Assembly (NCBI GenBank): GCA_902769185.1
Contig: CACXNV010000003.1
Coordinates: forward strand, 1 to 62,998
Reading direction: 5' to 3'
DNA from: an uncultured Erysipelotrichaceae bacterium
GTDB taxonomy: Bacteria; Bacillota_I; Bacilli_A; RFN20; CAG-826
Length of the DNA stretch: 62,998 nucleotides
A program made the translations under genes and the position numbers. Under the pieces are notes generated by a model that did no database searches, had not been told where the DNA came from, and saw only the letters and a list, made by a program, of their open reading frames with translations. Shown one piece after another: positions 1 to 9,934 of this stretch. The stretch's first letter is position 1, and the number at the start of each line of letters is the position of its first letter.

Positions 1-499
1 GAACATACATGTACAGTTTTTATGTACCAGATGAAACCGATTATAAAAAAGTATTAAGAGGTAATCCTTTGTCTTGTTTAACTACCATGTATGATAGAAG
101 TGTCATAGGTGATTTATATTTTGATGAAACATATAACCGTCATGAAGACTACATCTTCTGGTTAACAATATTAAAAAGAGGAATAGTGGCTAAAGGTAAT
201 CATAATGTTTTAGCAACTTATGTTATTCACTCTAATAAAAGAACTCTAATAAATCTAAATTAGTTAAATCTATGTATCGTGCATATCATGAATCACAGGA
301 ATTTAATTGGTTGAAGAGTCGGATATTTGTATTTAGATATGCATTATATAGTTACAAGAATGTTAAGCAACTTAAACTTAAAATACAGTTCGTTGTTTAC
401 ATATTTTTAAAAGGTATTCTTGTAAAAATTAGAAATAACAGTATTAGACAAGATAATCTATGGAATAATAACTTAAAAATACTGTCCCAAAACTATTGA
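1..499 (+). pseudogene. 3' part of a GT2 glycosyltransferase (TuaG-like), frameshifted near 235-245
   Basis: ORF 9-263 has GT2 C-terminal motifs (NPLSCLTTMYDR, HEDYIFWLTIL). The expected continuation KNSNKSKLVKSMYRAY lies in another frame (ORF 272-499). The 5' end is outside the window. Confidence 0.7.
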
Positions 500-524
500 C
501 TTATGTCCCAATTTTAACTATTAT
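483..524 (+). promoter_or_regulatory. sigma-A-type promoter with two TGTCCCAA direct repeats (candidate operator)
   Basis: TTGACT 496-501, 17-bp spacer, TATTAT 519-524; TGTCCCAA at 483-490 and 504-511. Confidence 0.6.
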
Positions 525-546
525 AAATACGTTACAAGGTAAGAGT

Positions 547-1593
547 ATGAAAAAGAAAGATGTTGTAAATCTAATTAGGTTTCATAATGAAGGCGATGAA
601 ACTGGTTTTAATAAACAAGCAATGCAAATTGCAGATGATTTTTATGATAGTGGCGATGTTGAATTATCACGATATATTTACAGCCTTTTGTCTGATGCCT
701 CCACTATTGTTCCTCAAGAAGATACAACAAAACATATTGGTGCTTTGCAACTTTTTAAAATTGAAAGCGAACCTCTATACTTGCCTCAACAAATTAAAAA
801 TAACTTAATTGGTATTGTTAACGCTGTTAAAAGAAATATTGGTCTTAATACTTTTTTATTTTATGGGCATCCAGGAACTGGAAAAACAGAAGCCTCATTT
901 AATATTGCTAGATTATTAAAGAGAAGACTTTGGAAGGTCAACATTTCGCAACTTATAGATTCTCATTTAGGAGAGACTAGCAAAAATATTAATAATTTAT
1001 TTGAATCGATTAATTCTTACCCATTTAAAAAAACGATGCTTGTTTTATTTGATGAAATTGATGCGCTCGCTCTAAGAAGAGACGACTCTAGAGATTTAAG
1101 AGAAATGGCAAGGGCGACTACAGAGTTATTTAAAGGTTTAGATGGACTTGATAAAGATGTTGTCCTAATTGCTACAACAAATATGTATAAGCAATTAGAT
1201 TCTGCTCTTGTTAGAAGATTTGTATCAAAAGTGAGTTTTGATTGCTACAGCAGAGAAGAATTGATAGATATTGGACTGAAATTGTATAGATTTTATTTAA
1301 ATAAGATTGATGGTATTTCAAATGATGAAAGAATCGTTTACAAGATTCTTAATTCAATAGAAAAAATGCCATACCCCGGTGAATTGAAAAACATTATCAA
1401 ATCTTCTTTAGCTTTTTCAAATATTGATGAACCACATGACTATTTAAAAAGGCTTATTGTTGAATTAGATCCTGAATGTGATCTTAGTGATGCCCTGAAT
1501 TTAAAGGAAAAATTTGATTTTTCAACACGTGACATCGAACTAATTACAGGCGTTTCTAAATCAGAAGTTGCAAGGAGGATTAAAAATGGATAG
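547..1593 (+). CDS. AAA+ ATPase, IetA-like, with C-terminal helix-turn-helix
   Basis: Walker A GHPGTGKT, Walker B LVLFDEID, sensor ATTN, Arg finger LDSALVRRF, HTH-like FSTRDIELITGVSKSEVARRI. Start set at ATG 547 because the listed TTG start falls in the -35 box. Confidence 0.88.
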   Translation: MKKKDVVNLIRFHNEGDETGFNKQAMQIADDFYDSGDVELSRYIYSLLSDASTIVPQEDTTKHIGALQLFKIESEPLYLPQQIKNNLIGIVNAVKRNIGLNTFLFYGHPGTGKTEASFNIARLLKRRLWKVNISQLIDSHLGETSKNINNLFESINSYPFKKTMLVLFDEIDALALRRDDSRDLREMARATTELFKGLDGLDKDVVLIATTNMYKQLDSALVRRFVSKVSFDCYSREELIDIGLKLYRFYLNKIDGISNDERIVYKILNSIEKMPYPGELKNIIKSSLAFSNIDEPHDYLKRLIVELDPECDLSDALNLKEKFDFSTRDIELITGVSKSEVARRIKNG

Positions 1594-3919
1594 TAGACAC
1601 AATCCTTCGTTATTGGTCGATGTACCTTTTGAAAAAGACAGAGTTGATGGTGGTTTTTCTACCCCTAAATTGGAATGTGATTGTGTCACATCATCAGATA
1701 TCGATTATTTAATTAATCAGCTAGGCATTATTAGAAACTACTATGACAATAAGACGATTTTAGAAGGCGTCATTATATCTATAAGATATAAAAGAGTGGC
1801 TCCAAAATCGAGCAGAGTAAGTAGATTGCTTTGTCATTTTAAAAGTTCATATGATACGACCATTGGTGCAAAATATGAAGAGAAATATGTTGGTGACAAA
1901 ATCACTTATAATCATGTATTAACTCATTTTGTTTCCAAACTAGAACTGTTAGAAACAATTAGCGAATTAAAAGATGCAAAAAAGATATTGGATGATTGTT
2001 ATAACGGCAAGTTCCTTGCAGGATATTTAGACAAAGGATGCAGAGAGCAACAATCTTCTTATTTTAAAAACAAACAAATTTGTAAAACCGTTTTCTATAA
2101 AATAATGTGCGACATATCGTACATACGTGATTTCTTTGTCTTATTGCCAACTGCAGAAAAAAAGAAAAAAAATGAAGTTCTTGTTACTTTTTTCCCGGTT
2201 CCTGATCTTAATATTGAACTTTTTTTAAGATCCATAAATGTTAACGGAAGACTTAAAATACTTGATAAAAACAACGCTATTTTAACTAGCGAACAATATC
2301 AACTGTTATATGATAATGCTCCATATATGATTTGTATGGAAAATGATGATTTTTCAAATTTTGAATTTGATGAATATGAGAAAATAGATGTTCCTGTTGG
2401 AAGAACTCTTCCGCCTCCTGATGATTCAATTCCTTTCATAGGGGTTTTTGATACAATTATCGAAAGAAATTCATATCTCTCTAGTTATATTAAATATGAA
2501 AATCTTGTTTCGGAGCATTATTATGATGATTCAGATAACTATGTCCATGGCACTAGGGTTGATTCTATTTTAATCGAAGGGAATAGATTGAATCCTAAAT
2601 ATGAAGATGATTGTGGCTTATTTAAAGTCCTTCATTTTGGTGTAGGTGGTAAAGGAAAGATTGAGATTGATATTTTGTTTAAGGCAATAGAAGAAAAAGT
2701 TAAAGAATATTGTTCTACTGTTAAAGTGTGGAATTTATCATTAGGCGACGAACTCGGCGTCCACCCTAATTATGTTTCTCTTCTTGGAGCTAAAATTGAC
2801 GAAATTAGCAAAAAGTATAATGTTTTATTCGTTGTTGCAGGAACAAATATATCAAAAAAATATAATGATATAATTATTGGTTCGCCTGCAGATTCATTTA
2901 ATTCTATTGTCGTGAATTCCGTGAAAAGTGTTGAAAATCCTATCCCTGCAAGTTATTCAAGAAGAGGGCCGATATTAACATTCTTTCAAAAACCTGACAT
3001 TGCTTATTACGGTGGAGATGACGGTGAGGAGTTGAACTGCTATAGTCCTAATTTTGATTATTTTTGCAAAGGAACTTCGTATGCTGCTCCTTTCATTGCA
3101 CGTAAAGCTGCTTATTTAATTCATAAAGCACATTTTCCTGTCGAATGTGCGAAAGCTTTGATAATAGATTCGGCTTTTGGTTGGAGAAGAAAATATAAAG
3201 ATTCAGATGCTCTTTATGTTGGGTATGGTATTCCAGCTATTTCAATCAAAGAAATAATTGGCTCTAAAAAAGATGAGATTAAAATGATTATTTACGGAAA
3301 GACTTTAGAACAAAACACATTAGTTCATGATATTCCAATTTTATTAGATGCTAACAATAAATTTAATTATGCAGCAAAATTAATCTTTTGTTATTTTGTT
3401 GATGGAAGCAGAAATAAAGGCGTGGATTATTCAGACCAAGAGATATCGGTAAAGTTCGGGTTAGCAAGAAGACATTTTAACGGCAAAGACAAGCGGTATC
3501 ATTATATTGTTGACTCAATAAATAAAGATAAACAAGGAATGTCGTCTGGTTCTATTACCGAACGAAATGCAATTGGAGATTTTGGAAAATGGAACAATAC
3601 AAAGGTTTTAGTAGAAGGACCTATGCAACAAAGGAGATCAAAGAAATATGATATCGATATTCCTCTTTGGGGGATACATGTACAGCATTTAAAAAGATTT
3701 GGATCGATCAGCAAATGTATGTGGACAAACACGCCTGATGAAGTTTCTGTAAGGTTTGGTCTTGTCGCGACTTTCAAAACTATAGATGGAACAGATGCTG
3801 ATTTAACCGAATATGTCAGAAAACTAAGATCAAATTCAAACTATAGAGTGAGGGAAATTGATTTTGATATCGAAAATGATATTTCAGTAGTGGAAAGTGA
3901 AACCCTTGTATTTGAATAA
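1586..3919 (+). CDS. S8 subtilisin-like serine protease, IetS-like (cytoplasmic, no signal peptide)
   Basis: Triad IGVFDT / HGTRVDS / GTSYAAP, plus VWNLSLG, VVAGTN and KPDI; AGGAGG at 1573-1578; start overlaps the end of the ATPase gene. Confidence 0.88.
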   Translation: MDSRHNPSLLVDVPFEKDRVDGGFSTPKLECDCVTSSDIDYLINQLGIIRNYYDNKTILEGVIISIRYKRVAPKSSRVSRLLCHFKSSYDTTIGAKYEEKYVGDKITYNHVLTHFVSKLELLETISELKDAKKILDDCYNGKFLAGYLDKGCREQQSSYFKNKQICKTVFYKIMCDISYIRDFFVLLPTAEKKKKNEVLVTFFPVPDLNIELFLRSINVNGRLKILDKNNAILTSEQYQLLYDNAPYMICMENDDFSNFEFDEYEKIDVPVGRTLPPPDDSIPFIGVFDTIIERNSYLSSYIKYENLVSEHYYDDSDNYVHGTRVDSILIEGNRLNPKYEDDCGLFKVLHFGVGGKGKIEIDILFKAIEEKVKEYCSTVKVWNLSLGDELGVHPNYVSLLGAKIDEISKKYNVLFVVAGTNISKKYNDIIIGSPADSFNSIVVNSVKSVENPIPASYSRRGPILTFFQKPDIAYYGGDDGEELNCYSPNFDYFCKGTSYAAPFIARKAAYLIHKAHFPVECAKALIIDSAFGWRRKYKDSDALYVGYGIPAISIKEIIGSKKDEIKMIIYGKTLEQNTLVHDIPILLDANNKFNYAAKLIFCYFVDGSRNKGVDYSDQEISVKFGLARRHFNGKDKRYHYIVDSINKDKQGMSSGSITERNAIGDFGKWNNTKVLVEGPMQQRRSKKYDIDIPLWGIHVQHLKRFGSISKCMWTNTPDEVSVRFGLVATFKTIDGTDADLTEYVRKLRSNSNYRVREIDFDIENDISVVESETLVFE

Positions 3920-3984
3920 ATTGATTAAGAATAATTAAAATTAGAGCATTTCAACGTTTGAAAACATCAAGGAAGGAGTAAAAA

Positions 3985-6003
3985 ATGAAAAAATATTTGA
4001 GAATCGCAATAGCATTAAATGGCGCTACATCTAATAGTTTTAATACAGTTCTATCTCACCTTGTTTCTTATGTAATTTTTAATAGCAAGAGTCCACAAAT
4101 GAATTTGACCGAAATATCTAAGGCAGTATATGAAATGACAGATCTTCGATTCGGGGAGAACGAAATATCATGCGCCATCAAAAAGGGTAAAGATGCGTTT
4201 GTGCAATTAAATAATAAATATTCGATCAGCCCAAAAGAGAGAAATAAGCATATTAAAGCGGAGAAAGAATTTGATTTAACATCGTATGTTAGTAACTTTT
4301 TATTACACATCAAAGGATCGGAAGCCGAAACCTCAAAGATAAAAGATTTGCTTATGAATTTTTTCTATTTATTGTTTGACAGCAATAAAGACGACCTATT
4401 AGCACTTTTATCATCAAAATATTATGACATGACAAATGCTACAAAAACTTTTTCAAATCAGGAAAAAGAAATTATTATTTCATTTTTGGAATGGGAAAAT
4501 TTAGATAAAGATAAGGTTGTATATAATATTATTAAATCGGCATATGAATATTGTATATTAACTTTAAAAGAAGACATTAACGAGTCTGTTTTTCTTTCGA
4601 AAAAATTCTATCTAGACACAAATGTTATTTTTTCTTTGATTGGTATTAATGGCGACGATAAAAAAGAGGCAACCGAATCCTTTGTTTCAAAATGCAAAGA
4701 AATGAAGTCACAAATTTGGTATACCGAAAAAACATTATCTGAATGCAAGAATACATTATCGTCAATTATTGATCGAGTTGAAAGATTGGTAAAAGGACAA
4801 GATTATTTTACATCAGATAACTTCCGTAGCACTTTTAGAAATAGTAGTATTTCAATTGTATACAATATGTATCTGAATTGGTCGTATAAATCAACGAATA
4901 GAAGCGGAGACTTCCCGAGATTTAGGTTATATATGGATGAGTTATTAACAGAAAAATTGAATTTGATGAATTATGCTCCAATACCTTCTGAAATTATGCA
5001 AAACAATGACTTAATTGAATCAAAATCATCAAGTCTGTCTGCTTATAAATGCAAGAAGGAAAAACATTTTACTGAAAGTTCAATTGTAACTGATGTAATT
5101 AATTACTTGTATGTTGAAAATATTCGAAATAAAAATTCAATAAATTTGACTAATCAAAAATCATTTTTTATTTCGATGGATAATGCGTTTATTTCTTGGG
5201 CAGCAGAAAACAGAGGAGATTATACATCGCTAATTGTCCACCCCAACATTATGTACTCTATTTTATTGAAATTTACGAATCGAACAAAAAATGACTACCG
5301 ATCATTTAATAATTTTATTTCATTAGGAATTTATTCTGACTCTGATTTGTTTGGTGATTTAAAATTTAAAGAAGAAATCGTTAAGATCATTAATGATTTA
5401 GATGAACCTTCAAATGTTAAAAGTAAGATTTTATACATATCAAATAATATGTTAAGTAATAACGGAGAGTTTGATTCTCGCTGCTCGAGCGTAGAACCTG
5501 TTGAAGTTGTTGAGAAATCAAAAGCATATTTTTACAATGAATTAAATAAAAAGAATGAGAAAGAAAAGCAAGAATTAATTACGCATTACACACAAGAAAT
5601 TGAGAGTATTAAAATCGGCAATCAAAAAACACTAGAAGAGACCGCTGAACAAAAATATAAAGAGGGAGCGAATAATTTGCTTTTGCAAATTTCAACAAAA
5701 AAAGCACGAATCAAATCTATTAGAAACAGAATTGTAAGATGGCTTTTATTTATAGCTTTGTTGGCCGGTGTGATTACTGCTGTCATTTTTGGGATATTGT
5801 TTTTTGTTAATGAAGGTGTGAATTCGGTTGTAGCATGGATATCTCTTGTCTCTGGAATTATTGGCATAATTTGTAGTGTGGTTATTCCGCTTTTTAAAAG
5901 AATTAAGACACCGTTATTCAAATTATTAGAAAGAATGTTGCCTATTGATACAAAAAAATTAGCTATTAAATATTATGAACAGCTAAAAAATGATTATAAA
6001 TGA
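3985..6003 (+). CDS. PIN-like nuclease domain protein with coiled coil and two C-terminal TM helices
   Basis: FYLDTNV, TLSEC, SIVTDV and FFISMDNAF acidic motifs; hydrophobic WLLFIALLAGVITAVIFGILFFV and VVAWISLVSGIIGIICSVVIPLF; SD GGAAGGAG. Confidence 0.7.
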   Translation: MKKYLRIAIALNGATSNSFNTVLSHLVSYVIFNSKSPQMNLTEISKAVYEMTDLRFGENEISCAIKKGKDAFVQLNNKYSISPKERNKHIKAEKEFDLTSYVSNFLLHIKGSEAETSKIKDLLMNFFYLLFDSNKDDLLALLSSKYYDMTNATKTFSNQEKEIIISFLEWENLDKDKVVYNIIKSAYEYCILTLKEDINESVFLSKKFYLDTNVIFSLIGINGDDKKEATESFVSKCKEMKSQIWYTEKTLSECKNTLSSIIDRVERLVKGQDYFTSDNFRSTFRNSSISIVYNMYLNWSYKSTNRSGDFPRFRLYMDELLTEKLNLMNYAPIPSEIMQNNDLIESKSSSLSAYKCKKEKHFTESSIVTDVINYLYVENIRNKNSINLTNQKSFFISMDNAFISWAAENRGDYTSLIVHPNIMYSILLKFTNRTKNDYRSFNNFISLGIYSDSDLFGDLKFKEEIVKIINDLDEPSNVKSKILYISNNMLSNNGEFDSRCSSVEPVEVVEKSKAYFYNELNKKNEKEKQELITHYTQEIESIKIGNQKTLEETAEQKYKEGANNLLLQISTKKARIKSIRNRIVRWLLFIALLAGVITAVIFGILFFVNEGVNSVVAWISLVSGIIGIICSVVIPLFKRIKTPLFKLLERMLPIDTKKLAIKYYEQLKNDYK

Positions 6004-6130
6004 TATATGTTTAAGATTTTATTGCAGTTATTTGACAAAGTCATAAATTCATTATCTTGTACAGTGAATTTCTACTTGAAATTTCATGCAAACATCATAA
6101 ATATTTTAAATTAATATGTTCGTGTCCATT

Positions 6131-6153
6131 TGGTGGACCCTAAAAGATTTAAA
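6131..6153 (-). other. Degenerate tRNA 3'-end-like sequence (possible att scar)
   Basis: Minus strand reads TTTAAATCTTTTAGGGTCCACCA, resembling a T-loop remnant, acceptor strand and CCA. Confidence 0.4.
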
Positions 6154-6398
6154 GTATCTAAACGCATATTCTTATCTTTAGTTATTATCTTTAATAGATT
6201 TATAAATACATATTCTTGTTTTTATAAAGACACTAAGAAAGATTTAATAACTTGGTAACTAATATATTTGTAGAAATAGTTAATAACATTGTTTAAGAAA
6301 CAGAAGAAATACTTTTGTTGTTTAACTATTAAGGCATTCTTTAACTTTAACCATTTCCATATTCCATAGGGAAAATAAATAATCTACAATATGTAGAT

Positions 6399-8123
6399 AT
6401 GGAAGTAGCAAAAAAGAAAAGATTTAAAATTTCTAGATGGATATTTTTATCATTAGCGGTACTCACTAATACTTTTCTTGTGCTTTATTCTACTTTACCT
6501 AGAGAAATAACGATTAAATGGAATAATTTCTTTAGAAATCTTTTTGCACAATTTATTAATTCAATAACCGAAAAAGAAGTAGTGCCAGTTCCAATGACTG
6601 AACTAGAAATAAAATTATCTAATGAAGGAACTTATAAATATAATTACATTCCTGGCTATGAAGTTGACGAAATACCTTTAGGGAGTGCAAAGCAAGTTGA
6701 ATGTACTTATCTTCCTTTAGATACAACTGATAAATCAATTCAGTATTATACCGAACAAAACGATATAATCACTTTGAACCAAAGTGGTGCAACTGTATCT
6801 GTTGTGGGGATGAAGCCTGGTATTGCTACGATACACGCTAAAAATACTCTAAGTAAATTAGATGTATCTTGCGAAGTTAAAGTTGTGGAAACTGTTGAAC
6901 CTAAATTATTTGATATTTCTATTGCATCTAGTGAGATACCTATAGGTAGCCAACAAACAATTGGTATTGATATTAATGGTGGGAATCTAGGCCATGATGA
7001 ATTAATTAACTTTAGATATTACGATACAAGAAAGTTAACATATGCATCTTCTGTAGAAAATGTATGTTCTGTGGATGAATATGGAATTATTTATCCACAC
7101 TCTATTGGCGATTCAACTATCACAGTTAGTAATTCCTCGGGATGCACCAAAACTATTGAAGTCAGTGTCACTGATGGCAGTGCTGTAGAACCATATTCTG
7201 ATTTATCTATCTTCGGTTCTAGCTATTGCTATGATAATGATATGATTAAAGATCAATCATCACCACATAACAACCATTATCAATTGGGAGTTAAAGATGG
7301 TGATATTGAATTAAATCCAGAAGATTTTATTTGGGAAAGTTCTAATGAATTACTTGCTAAAGTTGATAAACGTGGTGTTTTACGTGGTTTCAGAAAGAGT
7401 GTTATCGATGATGAGTTTGTAACAATAACCGCAGCATCTAAATTAACCGGTCAATCAGTTACTTACGAAATTGTTGTTAAAGAGCAACTGCCAGAACAAT
7501 TATACTACTGGATTACTAATGGTGAAAAAACCACCTGGAATCCAGTTGAATTTACAGCGTGTGTTGGAGACAACTTAGTGTTAAATGTTTCCTATTCTCC
7601 GAATATATCCAAAAAAGATATAGTAGCAAAAATATCTAATGAGAGTTTGGTGGAATGCACTAATCAGGGATCGTCGTTGAATCTTGTTGTTAAGGATACC
7701 GGATCTTGTTTAATAACCATTACATCTGTGATTAATCCTGAGCTACATAAAACAATTAGCTTTAGTTTTTTAAAGGCTGGAGCGATATCCACGAATGACT
7801 TGGACGATGTTGGATTAAGCGTGAGAAAAGTGGTTGGTCATGCTTCTTTATTTGCTATTGCTGAGCTATTTACTTTTGTTGCTTTATTTATGTTCTTGTA
7901 TAAGAAAAAACTCTGGCTGCCTATTGTTATTTCTTTAGGTGTTGAATTGCTTGTTGCATCAGTTTCTGAGTTAGTACAGTATTTTACTCCTAATAGGCAC
8001 GGATCATTTACTGATATTTTGATTAATATGTCTGGAGCAGTATTTATTACATTGATAGTATTAGCTATCCACTTTATAAGAAGATTAATTATTAAAAAAA
8101 AGAAAATGCGAAATAACAACTAA
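6399..8123 (+). CDS. VanZ-family membrane protein with inserted Ig-like (Big_2-type) domains
   Basis: N-terminal TM; Ig-like repeats (WESSNELLAKVDKRG, SSVENVCSVDEYG); C-terminal VanZ motifs RKVVGHASLF and SELVQYFTPNRHGSFTDILIN. Confidence 0.75.
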   Translation: MEVAKKKRFKISRWIFLSLAVLTNTFLVLYSTLPREITIKWNNFFRNLFAQFINSITEKEVVPVPMTELEIKLSNEGTYKYNYIPGYEVDEIPLGSAKQVECTYLPLDTTDKSIQYYTEQNDIITLNQSGATVSVVGMKPGIATIHAKNTLSKLDVSCEVKVVETVEPKLFDISIASSEIPIGSQQTIGIDINGGNLGHDELINFRYYDTRKLTYASSVENVCSVDEYGIIYPHSIGDSTITVSNSSGCTKTIEVSVTDGSAVEPYSDLSIFGSSYCYDNDMIKDQSSPHNNHYQLGVKDGDIELNPEDFIWESSNELLAKVDKRGVLRGFRKSVIDDEFVTITAASKLTGQSVTYEIVVKEQLPEQLYYWITNGEKTTWNPVEFTACVGDNLVLNVSYSPNISKKDIVAKISNESLVECTNQGSSLNLVVKDTGSCLITITSVINPELHKTISFSFLKAGAISTNDLDDVGLSVRKVVGHASLFAIAELFTFVALFMFLYKKKLWLPIVISLGVELLVASVSELVQYFTPNRHGSFTDILINMSGAVFITLIVLAIHFIRRLIIKKKKMRNNN

Positions 8124-8179
8124 TTTATTTGGCTTGTTTATTTAATAATAAAAGATATAATATAGCGGGTGATTAAAAT

Positions 8180-9388
8180 ATGAATATTTCAGTAGCAGGA
8201 ACCGGATATGTCGGTTTATCTAATGCGATTATATTATCGCAACATAATAAAGTATACGCAGTAGATGTTGTTAAAGCTAAAGTTGATTTAATTAACTCTA
8301 GAAAATCTCCTATTGTAGATAAAGAGATAGAAGAATATTTAGCCACTAAAGAATTAGACTTAGTAGCAACATTAGACGGAGATAGTGCTTATAAAGAATC
8401 AGAGATAGTGATTATCGCTACTCCTACTAATTATGATAGTGAAACTAATAAGTTTGACACTTCTAGTGTAGAGTCAGTTATAGAGCAAGTTATTAGAGTT
8501 AACCCTAATGCTTGGATTATTGTGAAATCCACTGTAGGAGTAGGATTCACTAAATATGTAAGAGAAAAATATAATTTTGAACATATATTATTCTCTCCTG
8601 AATTCTTAAGAGAAGGTAAGGCTTTATATGATAACTTATATCCTTCTAGAATCGTAGTGGGAGTTCCTGAAAAGAAAGAGCCATATTTATCTAAGGCTAA
8701 AGAATTTGCTTCTTTACTTAGACAAGGTGCAATTAAGAAAGATATAGATGTTCATATATTAGGTTGTACAGAAGCAGAAGCTGTTAAATTATTTGCGAAT
8801 ACATATTTAGCGCTTAGAGTAGCCTATTTTAATGAACTAGATACTTTTGCTCAAACTAAAGGTTTAGATACTTTAGATATTATTAAAGGGGTGTGTGGAG
8901 ATCCTAGAATAGGAGATTTCTATAATAATCCATCATTTGGTTATGGAGGATATTGCTTGCCTAAAGACACTAAAGAGTTAAAGGCAAACTTTGAAGATAT
9001 ACCTGAAAACCTTATCTCTGCGATTGTGGAATCTAATAGAACGAGAAAACAATTTATTTGTGATGATGTTCTTAGAAAAGCTGGATATAAAAATGACGGT
9101 AAAGATAATGTCACTGTTGGTATATATAGACTCACTATGAAAAGTGGTAGTGATAACTTTAGACAGTCCTCTATTCAAGGGGTTATGAAAAGATTACACG
9201 CGAAGGGTGTAAAGATAGTGATATATGAACCAACACTTAAAGATGAAGAATTCTTTAACTGTAAGGTTATCAAGGATTATAATGTTTTCAAAGCAATGTC
9301 TAAAGTCATTATCGCTAATAGATATGATTCATCCTTAGATGATGTTAAAAATAAAGTTTATACTAGAGATTTATTAAGAAGAGATTAA
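8180..9388 (+). CDS. ugd: UDP-glucose 6-dehydrogenase
   Basis: [36 protein letters not shown]. Confidence 0.95.
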   Translation: MNISVAGTGYVGLSNAIILSQHNKVYAVDVVKAKVDLINSRKSPIVDKEIEEYLATKELDLVATLDGDSAYKESEIVIIATPTNYDSETNKFDTSSVESVIEQVIRVNPNAWIIVKSTVGVGFTKYVREKYNFEHILFSPEFLREGKALYDNLYPSRIVVGVPEKKEPYLSKAKEFASLLRQGAIKKDIDVHILGCTEAEAVKLFANTYLALRVAYFNELDTFAQTKGLDTLDIIKGVCGDPRIGDFYNNPSFGYGGYCLPKDTKELKANFEDIPENLISAIVESNRTRKQFICDDVLRKAGYKNDGKDNVTVGIYRLTMKSGSDNFRQSSIQGVMKRLHAKGVKIVIYEPTLKDEEFFNCKVIKDYNVFKAMSKVIIANRYDSSLDDVKNKVYTRDLLRRD

Positions 9389-9389
9389 T

Positions 9390-9917
9390 ATGAAAATCAA
9401 AAGAATGTTCGACTTAATGCTGCTTCGGAATAATCCTAAAAAATGGTGCAAAAAGCATGATGTCAAATTAGGAAAAGATGTATTTTTTACTGGGAAAATG
9501 GATTTTGGCACAGAACCATATCTAGTTTCAATAGGAAATCATGTTCTTATTGCGGGATGTTCATTCATAACTCATGAAGGTGGTCACTGGGTTTTAAAAG
9601 GCCTCGAGCCAAATATAGGTGAAATATTTGGATATGGGCGTATTACTGTTGGCGATAATGTTTATATAGGACATAACTGCACAGTACTTAGAGGAGTGAC
9701 GATTGGAAACAATACGATCATCGGAGCATGTAGTTTAGTCAACAAAAGTTGTGAGCCGAATTCAGTGTATGCTGGTGTGCCCGCTAAACGCATCTGTTCA
9801 ATCGATGAATTTAAAGAAAAATTCCTAGCGGATATACCTGAATTTGACTTAAACAACTATCGTAATAATAAAAAAGACGAAGTGTTGAAAATCGTCGATA
9901 AATTCAGAAAGAGATAA
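9390..9917 (+). CDS. Hexapeptide-repeat (LbH) O-acyltransferase
   Basis: GTEPYLVSIG, ITVGDNVYIG, GVTIGNNTIIG, YAGVPAK. Confidence 0.88.
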   Translation: MKIKRMFDLMLLRNNPKKWCKKHDVKLGKDVFFTGKMDFGTEPYLVSIGNHVLIAGCSFITHEGGHWVLKGLEPNIGEIFGYGRITVGDNVYIGHNCTVLRGVTIGNNTIIGACSLVNKSCEPNSVYAGVPAKRICSIDEFKEKFLADIPEFDLNNYRNNKKDEVLKIVDKFRKR

Positions 9918-9934
9918 GCATAGCTTATCTTTTT
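9908..9934. terminator. Hairpin overlapping two convergent stop codons
   Basis: AGATAAGC-ATA-GCTTATCT flanked by A-rich and T-rich runs. Confidence 0.55.

Noticed and set aside
2157-2195. A7/A8 and T-runs in the protease gene as a phase-variation tract
   Set aside because: Such runs are common at this AT content and the frame is intact.
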